Shown here in pieces: positions 39,045-48,500 of a stretch of 64,000 nt of DNA. Numbering within the stretch: the stretch's first letter is position 1; each line of letters starts with the position of its first letter. Below the pieces are notes generated by a model. That model had not been told where the DNA came from. It did not search any database and saw only the letters and a program-made list of their open reading frames with translations. This DNA is from a virus. The DNA lies in the IMG/VR virus record IMGVR_UViG_3300031521_000040, positions 1-64,000 of that record; one strand, written 5' to 3'. The position numbers and the translations under genes were made by a program.

Positions 39045-40774
39045 TCGGTAATTAATTTAAATTCAAAAAAGTCATAATACCATGGCTTGCCTGTTTTCAG
39101 CTCAATTTGTTTTCTTTTAAATTTTGATTCTAATATAAAATCTGGATATGTTTCGGTAATATGTATGGTCAAACAGCCTGATTTATTTATATAATCAGTA
39201 AATACTCTACCTGTTTTTTTACATGTTAAAACATAATGATTTACTGAATTGTAATTGTCATCGACAGGTTTAGCTCTTTTGGTGAAAATTCCACTGAGCG
39301 TCGAAAAATTAATATCATATTTTCTTGAAATTTCCCTGATTGGCATATTATCTTTTTCATAATCACTATATATGCACTTCAATTCATCCACAGAGAATTC
39401 CTCTAATGTTCTATGTTTTTGAGAACTAAATGATTTTTGTGTGTTATTAATATAGTCCTCTTCGTAGCACCAATAAATGTTTTGATTATTTTTTGTATGT
39501 CCCAAGCATTTCCTCAGAATTTGTTCATGTGATAGTCCATCGATATTATTTCTTCCAGCATCAGCTAAAGATGAATATCTTTCAATAATGGTATCAATAT
39601 TTCTATCAATTTTAATAACAGGCTTGGATACTTGAATAACTCTTTTCTGAATCCATTCTTTACTTTGCTTGACATTTTTTCTAATTCTAGATAATTTTTC
39701 TTTGGTTTCATCATGACTAAAAGACCTTATTCCACCAAATTCAATATTATAACCCAAATTTCTATTAGTTGAGTCGTATTCATAAATATATTTAATTTCT
39801 TTATAGTTTAATTCATCAGTTGTTTGTGCAGTATCTATAATATTAAACTTAAATTTATCGAATCCATATTTGTCGAAAGCTTTTAATACATATAAATTAC
39901 AACACTTAGCTCTGTTTTTGTATTCATTATATCTATCGTTAAAGCCTCTTGTTGTTTGACCTACATATTTTTTATTATTTACAGTATTCTCAATTAAATA
40001 AATTATACCAGCAATTTCGTTGTTTTTTTTAGGGTATTCTAATTTTATGTGCTTAATCGATTCAAGAAATTTTTTATTTTCTACTTTATTACCTATAAAA
40101 TAGAAGTATCTTCTTTTTCTATATTGTGAAAGAAAAATTGCATTAGGATATTTTTCTAATATTACATCTTTTTTAATTGTTCCAAATTCTTTCCTGATAG
40201 AGCGTGAATGTTTCAATTTTCCATCGATAAAAACCGAGAATCTCTTGGTTTCTCTTCCGTTTTTTCCGTAGTTTCCTGTCATGAGACCAACATAGTGCCA
40301 ATTTAGTGATTGATATATAATACCTATTTCACCAGCTGATGGGTCAACACTTGCTGTTATTATTTTATATTCTGTATTTTTTTTAAGCCAATCAGCTGTC
40401 TTAGAAATAAAATAGGAAGCTGTATTTTTTGGTGTCCACCAAAGGCATGTACCTCGACTTAATAATATTATTTTATTTGTATACCCATACTTATCCCAAG
40501 TAGTAGATTTATTTGCTGAGTATTCTTCTGAATATATAACAACGCCACCTAAATGGTATTCATTATCTATATTAAAATATATTCCAAAAAAATATCTATT
40601 AAATAACGGCATTGTTTTAAGCCATTCATATTTTAAAATAATATTTCTCGCTGTGCTAAAATCTATTAGTTCTATTTTTGTATTAGATAATGCAGCTTTG
40701 CCATAATCAAAATCAATTGTTGCGGATTCGATTTCTTCTTGTTTTTTACGTACTTTATATTGATATGCTTCCAT
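39041..40774 (-). CDS. Mom-like GNAT domain fused to a GIY-YIG endonuclease
   Basis: LSRG....PKNTASYFIS...ITASVDP..GE.G.IYQS.NW.Y.G (Mom-like), then IIYLIENTVNNKKYVGQT..R (GIY-YIG), NUMOD/HTH tail; start taken as MEAYQY. Confidence 0.8.
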   Translation of the reverse strand: MEAYQYKVRKKQEEIESATIDFDYGKAALSNTKIELIDFSTARNIILKYEWLKTMPLFNRYFFGIYFNIDNEYHLGGVVIYSEEYSANKSTTWDKYGYTNKIILLSRGTCLWWTPKNTASYFISKTADWLKKNTEYKIITASVDPSAGEIGIIYQSLNWHYVGLMTGNYGKNGRETKRFSVFIDGKLKHSRSIRKEFGTIKKDVILEKYPNAIFLSQYRKRRYFYFIGNKVENKKFLESIKHIKLEYPKKNNEIAGIIYLIENTVNNKKYVGQTTRGFNDRYNEYKNRAKCCNLYVLKAFDKYGFDKFKFNIIDTAQTTDELNYKEIKYIYEYDSTNRNLGYNIEFGGIRSFSHDETKEKLSRIRKNVKQSKEWIQKRVIQVSKPVIKIDRNIDTIIERYSSLADAGRNNIDGLSHEQILRKCLGHTKNNQNIYWCYEEDYINNTQKSFSSQKHRTLEEFSVDELKCIYSDYEKDNMPIREISRKYDINFSTLSGIFTKRAKPVDDNYNSVNHYVLTCKKTGRVFTDYINKSGCLTIHITETYPDFILESKFKRKQIELKTGKPWYYDFFEFKLITD

Positions 40775-40810
40775 TATAAATAATTTGATTTTACTCCAGA
40801 AAACAAAGGT

Positions 40811-40842
40811 AAAAAAAGACTTGCATATGTGCAAGTCTTTTT
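40811..40842 (-). terminator. intrinsic terminator after the major capsid gene
   Basis: aaaaagacttgca-tatg-tgcaagtcttttt; abuts a TACCTTTG -7 element (40804-40811) for the next gene. Confidence 0.85.
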
Positions 40843-40865
40843 AAAAATATTCATATCAATTAAGA

Positions 40866-42551
40866 TTATTGAAGATCACCGATTCCGAAAGTCTGAAGAC
40901 CATCACAATAGATTCTACCATAATAACGGTTAAGAACCATTTTCTTTGCATAACGTGTCATAATTCCACGAATTGGTGTAAAATCGAATGGGTTATACAT
41001 GACCGGCGTAAGCTGCATTGGTACGTAAGGAGCGTAGATGTAACCTGTTTCCAAGATACTAGTACCCTTATGTCCGATAAGAATTGTGTTTGCTGGTGAA
41101 TATGGGTCACGATACACGATGTAACGACCACTTAAGCTACCGATTTTTTCGATACCCATGTTGTATTTGTCTTCTTCTGGAGAAGCATTGCTAACGTGGA
41201 AATATTCCAAGTCATCAAATACTGCTGATACTTCAGGAGATACAACTACCCAACTAGCGCCACCACGAAGGGTTGCTTTATGAATCTGAGCTGAAATCTG
41301 GTTGATCTTTGTGATAAGAGTCTGATTCCAGTCTTTTTGTGTTCCATAATAAGTATTAGCTTGTCTACGAAGACCATTATAGTCCCAACGTGCAGTCCAA
41401 GCAGCACCTCTACGTAAGTCACGTAAAATCTCACGATCAATCTCAGCAGCCATTTGCTCTGACAATAAAGCTGTTAATTCAGCTTCAGCATCAATATTAT
41501 GAAACGCTGAAACGTCCTGAGCAAGCTCTGGAGTCCACATAGCTCTCATTTTACGTGTTTCAACAGAAACAGTAACTTGATCTAACTGGAATGTTACTTC
41601 TGCCATACGTGAATCTTCTTCAAGATCACTATAGCTTCTGTATTCATAGAAGAAACTTGTTGTTCCTGATGTAACAGCGCTTAATGGCTGATAACCGTTT
41701 GTTCCTGCATATTGAAGGTCAACTACTAATACGATATCACCTTGTTTGTTAACAATAGCTTGTCCGTATTTTTGTACCTTAACATTGAAAGGAAGTGAAT
41801 GTCCTTTAAGAACGTTTTGTTCTGTAAAACCTGCTGGTGCTACAAAATCTTTGTTAGATGTAATTTTCAAACTTGAAAGGAATGATTCAGTGTCCATCTG
41901 AACACCTGCAGGACCTACCAATTTACCTGAGTCGCTTACCAAGAAGCCATGAATAACAACTTGGATGAATTTTTCGCCAACTGTCCATGATGCACCTGTT
42001 GTTGTACCAGTGTGAACTGACATATCGCCTTTTGAACGATCAAACAATGAAGCACCTTCTTCGTTATATTCTGTTGCATAAAATGCATCATACAATGAAC
42101 GAGTTTCGAATTGTGTTCTTTCTCCAGCAGGTTTGTTTGCTGCATTGCCATAAGCACCGTTAGGTGATGTATGTTGATTACCAGCTGTTGTTGTGTGAGT
42201 GTCATCTTGTACTCTAACACTTGCTTTTGGATTTATGTAGTACAATTTACCAATAGGTAAATTAAGTGCCTGTACAGACACGATATCATTTGCTAAAAGC
42301 TTAGCAAATACCCTACGAATAACTGGAAACGCTACTGTTTCGAATTGTCCTGATGAAGCTGAATCTGATGATTCATTGATCATATAAGATAACTGATTTT
42401 CAAAAAGCTGTGCGCAATTTTCTTTCACGTTACCATCTAATCCTTCTAGCAAGCCGATTTTTTCCCAACGGTTTGTAGTTATTTCTCTTTGTTCACGAAG
42501 TTGTTTTAATCCAATATTGCCAACTTCGGCTGATTCCATTAAAAATCCCAT
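40866..42551 (-). CDS. gp23: major capsid protein (T4 gp23-like)
   Basis: FPVIRRVF..L.ANDIVSVQ, TRKMRA.WTPELAQD...FH.IDAEAEL, EIDREI, YAPYVP, F.P.RGIMTRY. Confidence 0.97.
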   Translation of the reverse strand: MGFLMESAEVGNIGLKQLREQREITTNRWEKIGLLEGLDGNVKENCAQLFENQLSYMINESSDSASSGQFETVAFPVIRRVFAKLLANDIVSVQALNLPIGKLYYINPKASVRVQDDTHTTTAGNQHTSPNGAYGNAANKPAGERTQFETRSLYDAFYATEYNEEGASLFDRSKGDMSVHTGTTTGASWTVGEKFIQVVIHGFLVSDSGKLVGPAGVQMDTESFLSSLKITSNKDFVAPAGFTEQNVLKGHSLPFNVKVQKYGQAIVNKQGDIVLVVDLQYAGTNGYQPLSAVTSGTTSFFYEYRSYSDLEEDSRMAEVTFQLDQVTVSVETRKMRAMWTPELAQDVSAFHNIDAEAELTALLSEQMAAEIDREILRDLRRGAAWTARWDYNGLRRQANTYYGTQKDWNQTLITKINQISAQIHKATLRGGASWVVVSPEVSAVFDDLEYFHVSNASPEEDKYNMGIEKIGSLSGRYIVYRDPYSPANTILIGHKGTSILETGYIYAPYVPMQLTPVMYNPFDFTPIRGIMTRYAKKMVLNRYYGRIYCDGLQTFGIGDLQ

Positions 42552-42577
42552 GGTTATTTTATTTATTTATAATTTTA

Positions 42578-44071
42578 TTATTTTTTACCTCTATGTTCTA
42601 CGTAATCGATAAGCTTTCTCATTTTGACCATGTGCGCATCGTTTGCATAGGCTGTTTTTTCGACCACTTCTTCAAGTTTTTGTTTTGATGAAGGTTGTAT
42701 TGAGGCAGAAACCTTATTTTCAATACTTTCAGAAATAGTTTTTTTATTATTTTTCATTTCAGATAAAAATGATTTGTATACATTTTGTGAATCAGCAATG
42801 CTATTAACTTTTTTGAATTCATTGATAATCTTGATTTTATCGTCTTGAGTAAGTGCTAGACTTTCATTAACGAAAAGATTATTTGAATGTGCAAGATTAG
42901 TGTTGAAAATTGCCATTTCTTTTAATTGTACACGATATTTACCTAAAGCTGTTTTATATTCTTCATTTAATGAAGTTGATGTCTGAATCTGCTGTTTAGC
43001 TTCGTTTAGTTTTTTTGTTAATTTTTTGTTTTCTTCGATCAAACGACTAAGTTTTTTCTCCGATTCTCCAAAACGTCTTCTATTAGCTTCGCCAGTTGAT
43101 AAATAATCATTGCTTGGAAGTTTACTATTCATTGTTGTTCCAGCTGAGAATGATACTCCGTGTGTTTCGTCTACAGGCATTTCATTTCCGCTTCCACCGC
43201 CACCGATTACTGCCTCAATATCCGCATCTGTAAATTCAGTTTCGCTTAATGACGATAAATCATCTTCACCTTCTTCTTCCATTCCTTGGTTTTGATCGCC
43301 ATTCATACCATTAATCATTTCGTCTAATTTGTTTCTCATGGCTACTAATTCTTTAAATGCGTCTCCGCCTTGATTTGCGGGTGTTCCGTATTTAATACCG
43401 TTTGGGTTTGGAAGGTTTTCACCTAAATTTTCCATTTGTGATATTTCTGCTTCGATTTCATCAATAGTAATAATTTCGTCATCATCATTAGCATTACCCA
43501 ATGCTGAATCTACGCTATTACCATCAAGTCCTGATATATCAAATTCTTCTTTTAGATTTGAAATTGGTTTTTGTTTACCTTTAATATTGATATCAAACGC
43601 AATGCCTTTTTGTTTGCCTTTTTCCTGATTAGGAGTTTCAGCTTCAACATCAGCAACGAAATCTTTTTCACGTTCTTCTTCAATAGCCTGTACGCCTTTT
43701 TTAGTATTAAAAGGATCGCTTTTTCCAACAGTGTTGGTGATTTTAACATCTTCCTTAACTGAAACAGCTTTGCCATCAAAGGGTTTACCTTTTCCAACTG
43801 TATCTATAACCTTTACGGTCTCTTTTACTTGTTTTTCCATATCAGATTCTTTGTTTAATTCATCATCATTTTCAGATTCTTTTGCATTGTCTATTTTTTT
43901 ATAAGACTCTTTAGCCGTTTTATTTTTATTAATTTCTTCTTTCAATAATTTTTCAAAGCTGTTTGGAAATTCTTCAGCCAGCTTTTTCTTTGCATTAATT
44001 GCAGCAGCTTCTACGATTGTATTATAATCAGTCAATGCCTCTTTAATTATTGATGGTTTATCTTCTTTCAT
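42578..44071 (-). CDS. prohead scaffold/core protein (gp22-like)
   Basis: acidic coiled-coil protein between protease and capsid genes, many (I/L/V)xE sites; late motif at 44109-44116. Confidence 0.75.
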   Translation of the reverse strand: MKEDKPSIIKEALTDYNTIVEAAAINAKKKLAEEFPNSFEKLLKEEINKNKTAKESYKKIDNAKESENDDELNKESDMEKQVKETVKVIDTVGKGKPFDGKAVSVKEDVKITNTVGKSDPFNTKKGVQAIEEEREKDFVADVEAETPNQEKGKQKGIAFDINIKGKQKPISNLKEEFDISGLDGNSVDSALGNANDDDEIITIDEIEAEISQMENLGENLPNPNGIKYGTPANQGGDAFKELVAMRNKLDEMINGMNGDQNQGMEEEGEDDLSSLSETEFTDADIEAVIGGGGSGNEMPVDETHGVSFSAGTTMNSKLPSNDYLSTGEANRRRFGESEKKLSRLIEENKKLTKKLNEAKQQIQTSTSLNEEYKTALGKYRVQLKEMAIFNTNLAHSNNLFVNESLALTQDDKIKIINEFKKVNSIADSQNVYKSFLSEMKNNKKTISESIENKVSASIQPSSKQKLEEVVEKTAYANDAHMVKMRKLIDYVEHRGKK

Positions 44072-44189
44072 ATTCTTAAAATATCGTATCTAATACTATA
44101 ATTTTTATATAAATACATAATCTTTGTGAAAAAGTATGTTATTTAAAAAAAATGTTGTTATGTAAATGATAATATGTTACAAAATAACA

Positions 44190-44891
44190 TTATAATAAAA
44201 ATTTGTTAGTTGCTGAAATTATTTTTTTTTCGTCTTCCCTTAGATAAATGCCGTTTTTATTAACGTATGTTTCTGCAAATGTCTGACTGCCTGAATCTGG
44301 TGAAAATAAATATCCACCGGGGGTACTAGGTGTAGTAACCAAATCAAAACCAATTAATTCAAAATCTCCTTGAACAAGGTTTTCACCATTAATTTCTTTT
44401 AATGTTCCTACTCCACGTGATGAAATACCCATCTTGATTTTATTCTGTAGGTATAGCACAATTTTATCGCCTACGACAGAAACAATACCGTACTTAATGT
44501 AACCGGGACTAACAATTATTTTAAGCTGACCATATAAAACATTTTCGTATTCATTCTTACCCCACCACATTTTCGTTATCATATGCGAGATATTCTGTAA
44601 TGAAATTATTGATGATTCGGGATGATCTGCTTCTGAAACAGCACTATTTGTATCGACTAGTTGTTGATATATTAAAACCTGTGGAACTAAGACATCTTTA
44701 GGATATATACGACCATTTTTATTTTTAACTCCCCACTTTTGCAGTATACAGTTAACTAAAACTGGTTCGTTGGGTTTAAGCTCGAATGACTCATTGATAA
44801 ATGTAGGGTTTAAATCAGAATTAACATAACCAGCATCATATTCAATTATAATACCAAATCCGCTTTCCCCTGCTTGTAGTATCTTACTCAT
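44190..44891 (-). CDS. gp21: prohead protease (T4 gp21-like)
   Basis: NKNGRIYP, EADHP, ISH, GISSRGVG, FDLV.TPSTPG. Confidence 0.93.
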   Translation of the reverse strand: MSKILQAGESGFGIIIEYDAGYVNSDLNPTFINESFELKPNEPVLVNCILQKWGVKNKNGRIYPKDVLVPQVLIYQQLVDTNSAVSEADHPESSIISLQNISHMITKMWWGKNEYENVLYGQLKIIVSPGYIKYGIVSVVGDKIVLYLQNKIKMGISSRGVGTLKEINGENLVQGDFELIGFDLVTTPSTPGGYLFSPDSGSQTFAETYVNKNGIYLREDEKKIISATNKFLL

Positions 44892-44892
44892 A

Positions 44893-45075
44893 TTAGTATC
44901 TTTCTCTATAAATAGTTTTATTTGTTGCTTTATTTTTGCGAATAAATCTTTTCTTTTTATGTATCATTTTTGCCGTATTATCAACAGTGTTAATAAAAAT
45001 TTGCGTTTCTAAATATTCGTTCATGCTTTTCAGTAACATATTGATTTCTAATAAACTTTCTAATTTAGTTAACAT
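44893..45075 (-). CDS. small basic hypothetical protein
   Basis: 60-aa ORF filling the gap between two minus-strand genes. Confidence 0.4.
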   Translation of the reverse strand: MLTKLESLLEINMLLKSMNEYLETQIFINTVDNTAKMIHKKKRFIRKNKATNKTIYRERY

Positions 45076-45080
45076 GATAT

Positions 45081-45494
45081 TTAATATTGTTTAGCATTCT
45101 TTGCAATATGATTATTAATTTCTTCTAGCTTAGCTAAAATTTTTGTTGATTCTAATTTATTAAATTTTTCGCTAAGGTCTAATAGCTCAGATACGCCACC
45201 TAATACATGTAGTGTTTCCTTTTCAGACTCAATCCATTGACGAGTTCTTTCTTCTTCTCGTCTAAGCATTTCCAATCTGATTTTTTCTAATGCTTCTGAA
45301 TGCTCCTTTCGAATAATATCAATTTTAGCTATTTGTTGTTTTAAATCCCGATTATTTTCGTTAGTCTTTTTCAGTAATTTATTACTGAAATAGGCAATTC
45401 CTACCACGCCTAAAAAAATTAGTAGCATTGATACATAGAAAAATCCGTTATTAAATATTGTTAGTGTATCGATTGGAATTGGAGTCTGTGTCAT
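45081..45494 (-). CDS. membrane-anchored coiled-coil protein (possible lysis accessory)
   Basis: single TM (FFYVSMLLIFLGVVGIAYF) followed by coiled coil; start moved to MTQTP behind CTATTTAT at 45511-45518. Confidence 0.55.
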   Translation of the reverse strand: MTQTPIPIDTLTIFNNGFFYVSMLLIFLGVVGIAYFSNKLLKKTNENNRDLKQQIAKIDIIRKEHSEALEKIRLEMLRREEERTRQWIESEKETLHVLGGVSELLDLSEKFNKLESTKILAKLEEINNHIAKNAKQY

Positions 45495-45565
45495 TTCATC
45501 GTTTATTAGTATAAATAGTTGAAATGACTCGTTTCTCACTACATTTTTCATTATATCGTATTTAT

Positions 45566-48500
45566 ATGAAACCAAATGAAATGCCAGTAATCGATTATTT
45601 GAATGACCCCGATAGCGTTAACATTAACCCTAACATAATTAACGCTATTCCACAATATCAAGATATGCATATTTTTGCTGAATTAACAGCATCTAGAAGG
45701 GCTAGAAGTGTTATCGTAATAGGTGGCGACACTCAATCAACACCAGATTTCAAGGTTAATTTCATTGGAAATAATCAAAATCAAAATAATCCGAATTATT
45801 TAAATTTTACGACAAATTATTATGATGGTAGTACACGTGATAATGAGGAACAGTTTGAATCTTTCGGTATTGCGAGTATTAAAGTTGTTGTAAATTCATC
45901 ATATATACCAACTGTGAGTATACAGTTTGTTGATATACGTGGTTTATCTTTTTTCAATAACGAAAATTCTAAATATAGGATTTTATTTGATTTTCCACCA
46001 CCCGTTTTTAATTTAAAAATTAAAGGGTATTATGGTAGAACATTATCATATGATTTGCATTTAGTCAAATACACATCAGAATTTAAATCAGAAAATGGTA
46101 ATTTTGTGATTGATGCCGAATTTGTTGCAATTACATTTGCGCCATTAAGTGATGTATTGTTTAGATATGCAATTAATTTTCCGTTAATCGAGGATTTTAG
46201 AAGCGAAAGCACTATCATAAGTGATCCAAAACTACCACCTAAAAACACATATGAATTCATATTAAAAATAAAAAATTTGCTTCCTGAAATAAAGAACTAC
46301 CTTAATACCGAATCTGAAACAGGTGATTTTAAACGACTTTCAGATCAGCTTACGGCAAATAATTCAACGCTTGCTCTATTATATGCATATAATGAACATT
46401 TAAAACATGGCACTCCATATATATTTACAGTGGACGATTCAGTAATTAACGAACAAGGAGAAACCAATAATTCTTCAGTTAGACCTCTAAATAGTTTCAG
46501 CGATTATGATAAAAATATAAAATCAAACATAACTGGAATAAAATTATATATTGGCTTCATAACGGAATCTAATAGTTCACAAGAAATATTCAGCTTTTCA
46601 GGGTCTACTCAGTCAATGATTAGTACATTACAATCAAATGAATTGAAAGCATATGCAAAAGAATTAAATGATAGGGGCATTAAAGGTAGCGTTGGAAATA
46701 TTGCAACCGAAAGTGAAATTTCCAAACCAGAAATAATTAATAATACGTTTAATATTTCTATTAAGCAACATTCTAATATACAAACATCATATCAAGTAAT
46801 TGATATTACTAGTTTTTATACTAAATTATTTAAAACAAATTATGATATTGCAACCAATAGAACAACCGTTGCAAAATCACTTAACACAAAAATTAATAAT
46901 AATATTATTGGTACATTAGGAATGAACCCTACCATATATAACGTCTTTAAGTTAATATTGGATGATGTAGATACGTTTTTTAGAAAACTACGAAAAACAT
47001 CTCAAGATGCACAAGATCATCATAATAGGGCTGATAATAAAGGAAAAATATTAAATGGTGGTATGAAAGATGTTGGAAGTATGAAGGCTAGTCAGCCAAT
47101 CTATTCTTTTCCGCTATTAATTAAAATAACGTGTGGTAATAAAGAAGAAAAAACATCACCTACAGCTATCAACCAAAAGCTATCACCGACAGAACAATTT
47201 CCTGAATCAATATTAATTAGCGATTTTATAGATACTTTTTCAAAACAAAAACATAATGTAATTAATAATAACATGAAAAACGAAAAAGATTCTGAAGGTA
47301 ATAATATATGGATTCCAATTTCCCCTCAAGATTCAACTATTGTTAGTGGCGATACGAGATCACCATACTTTGGCTTAGATTCTAACACATCACAAATTAA
47401 TATGAATGAGGATAAAATAATAAATCAATATTTAACTGTTATTTTAAATAGATTTTATGTTCTTAGCGAAGGTATAATTCCAGATAAGTTATACGGTGAT
47501 AAAAACAATCCTTACTTAAAATTTTATTCACAATCAGAAGCATTAAATTTAAAGCTATCTGTTTTTAATAAAGATGTTGTAGGAATTCTAAAGAAATTTG
47601 CTTTAGATAATGCTAATTACACTAACTTCTATACTTATTTAAGCACTCACCTTCACAGTTTATATAAATTCCAGAATAATGAAAAATCTGTTATCAATGG
47701 CGTTTATAGTAATAAAGGTGATGTAAACTTTAGAGGTGTTTTTTTATCAGATGGCGTTGTTGATATTCAAGCACCCACTAGTGATACAAATAAACCGATT
47801 AATACTTTTATAACTAAATCACAAAGAAGCTTTTTTGAAAGTCCCTTTAGTGGATCATTGCCCGAAGCATATTTTCAATTTACAGTTCAAAATATTATAT
47901 ATATTTCAGATAATTTTGTGAACAGCAAAGGTAATAGCTCATCTGATGAATCTAAGGTATCTAATGGAATTCATTTGCAAACGAGATTTTTACTCCCATC
48001 TAATTCGTCTACATTTAATTCATCTGAAAGTATTTCACTCTCAAATATTTTAAATCAAGGTAATGCTGCTTTTATTGGATCAAGATCAAGCATCGGCAGT
48101 AAAAACGAATTTGTTGATGTGGTTGATGTATGGGTTAATACACTTGCAGCCAACGATACATTTTTATACGATAAAGTTATAAACACCCATAGTCGTCTCA
48201 GTTCAGTACTATTACTTTCTAATTTTGGTCATACATTAAGTCCGTTCAGTGTTTTCAAGAGCCTAAATAAAACCATTTTTCAAACGCCATCTGTTGTAGA
48301 AGTTCCATATTATCTATCTTCATATGTTGGAGCTTTAGTGTATGTGATTGAAAATAAAATGATAAATGAGTTAATGGATTTTTTTAATTCCAAGAGTAAT
48401 TTGATCAAAATAGGTATATTAATAATTGCAGATATTCATGATATACAAAAATATTTATCAAAAAACGATAAGGCTATGTTTTTAAGCAAATATGAAAATT

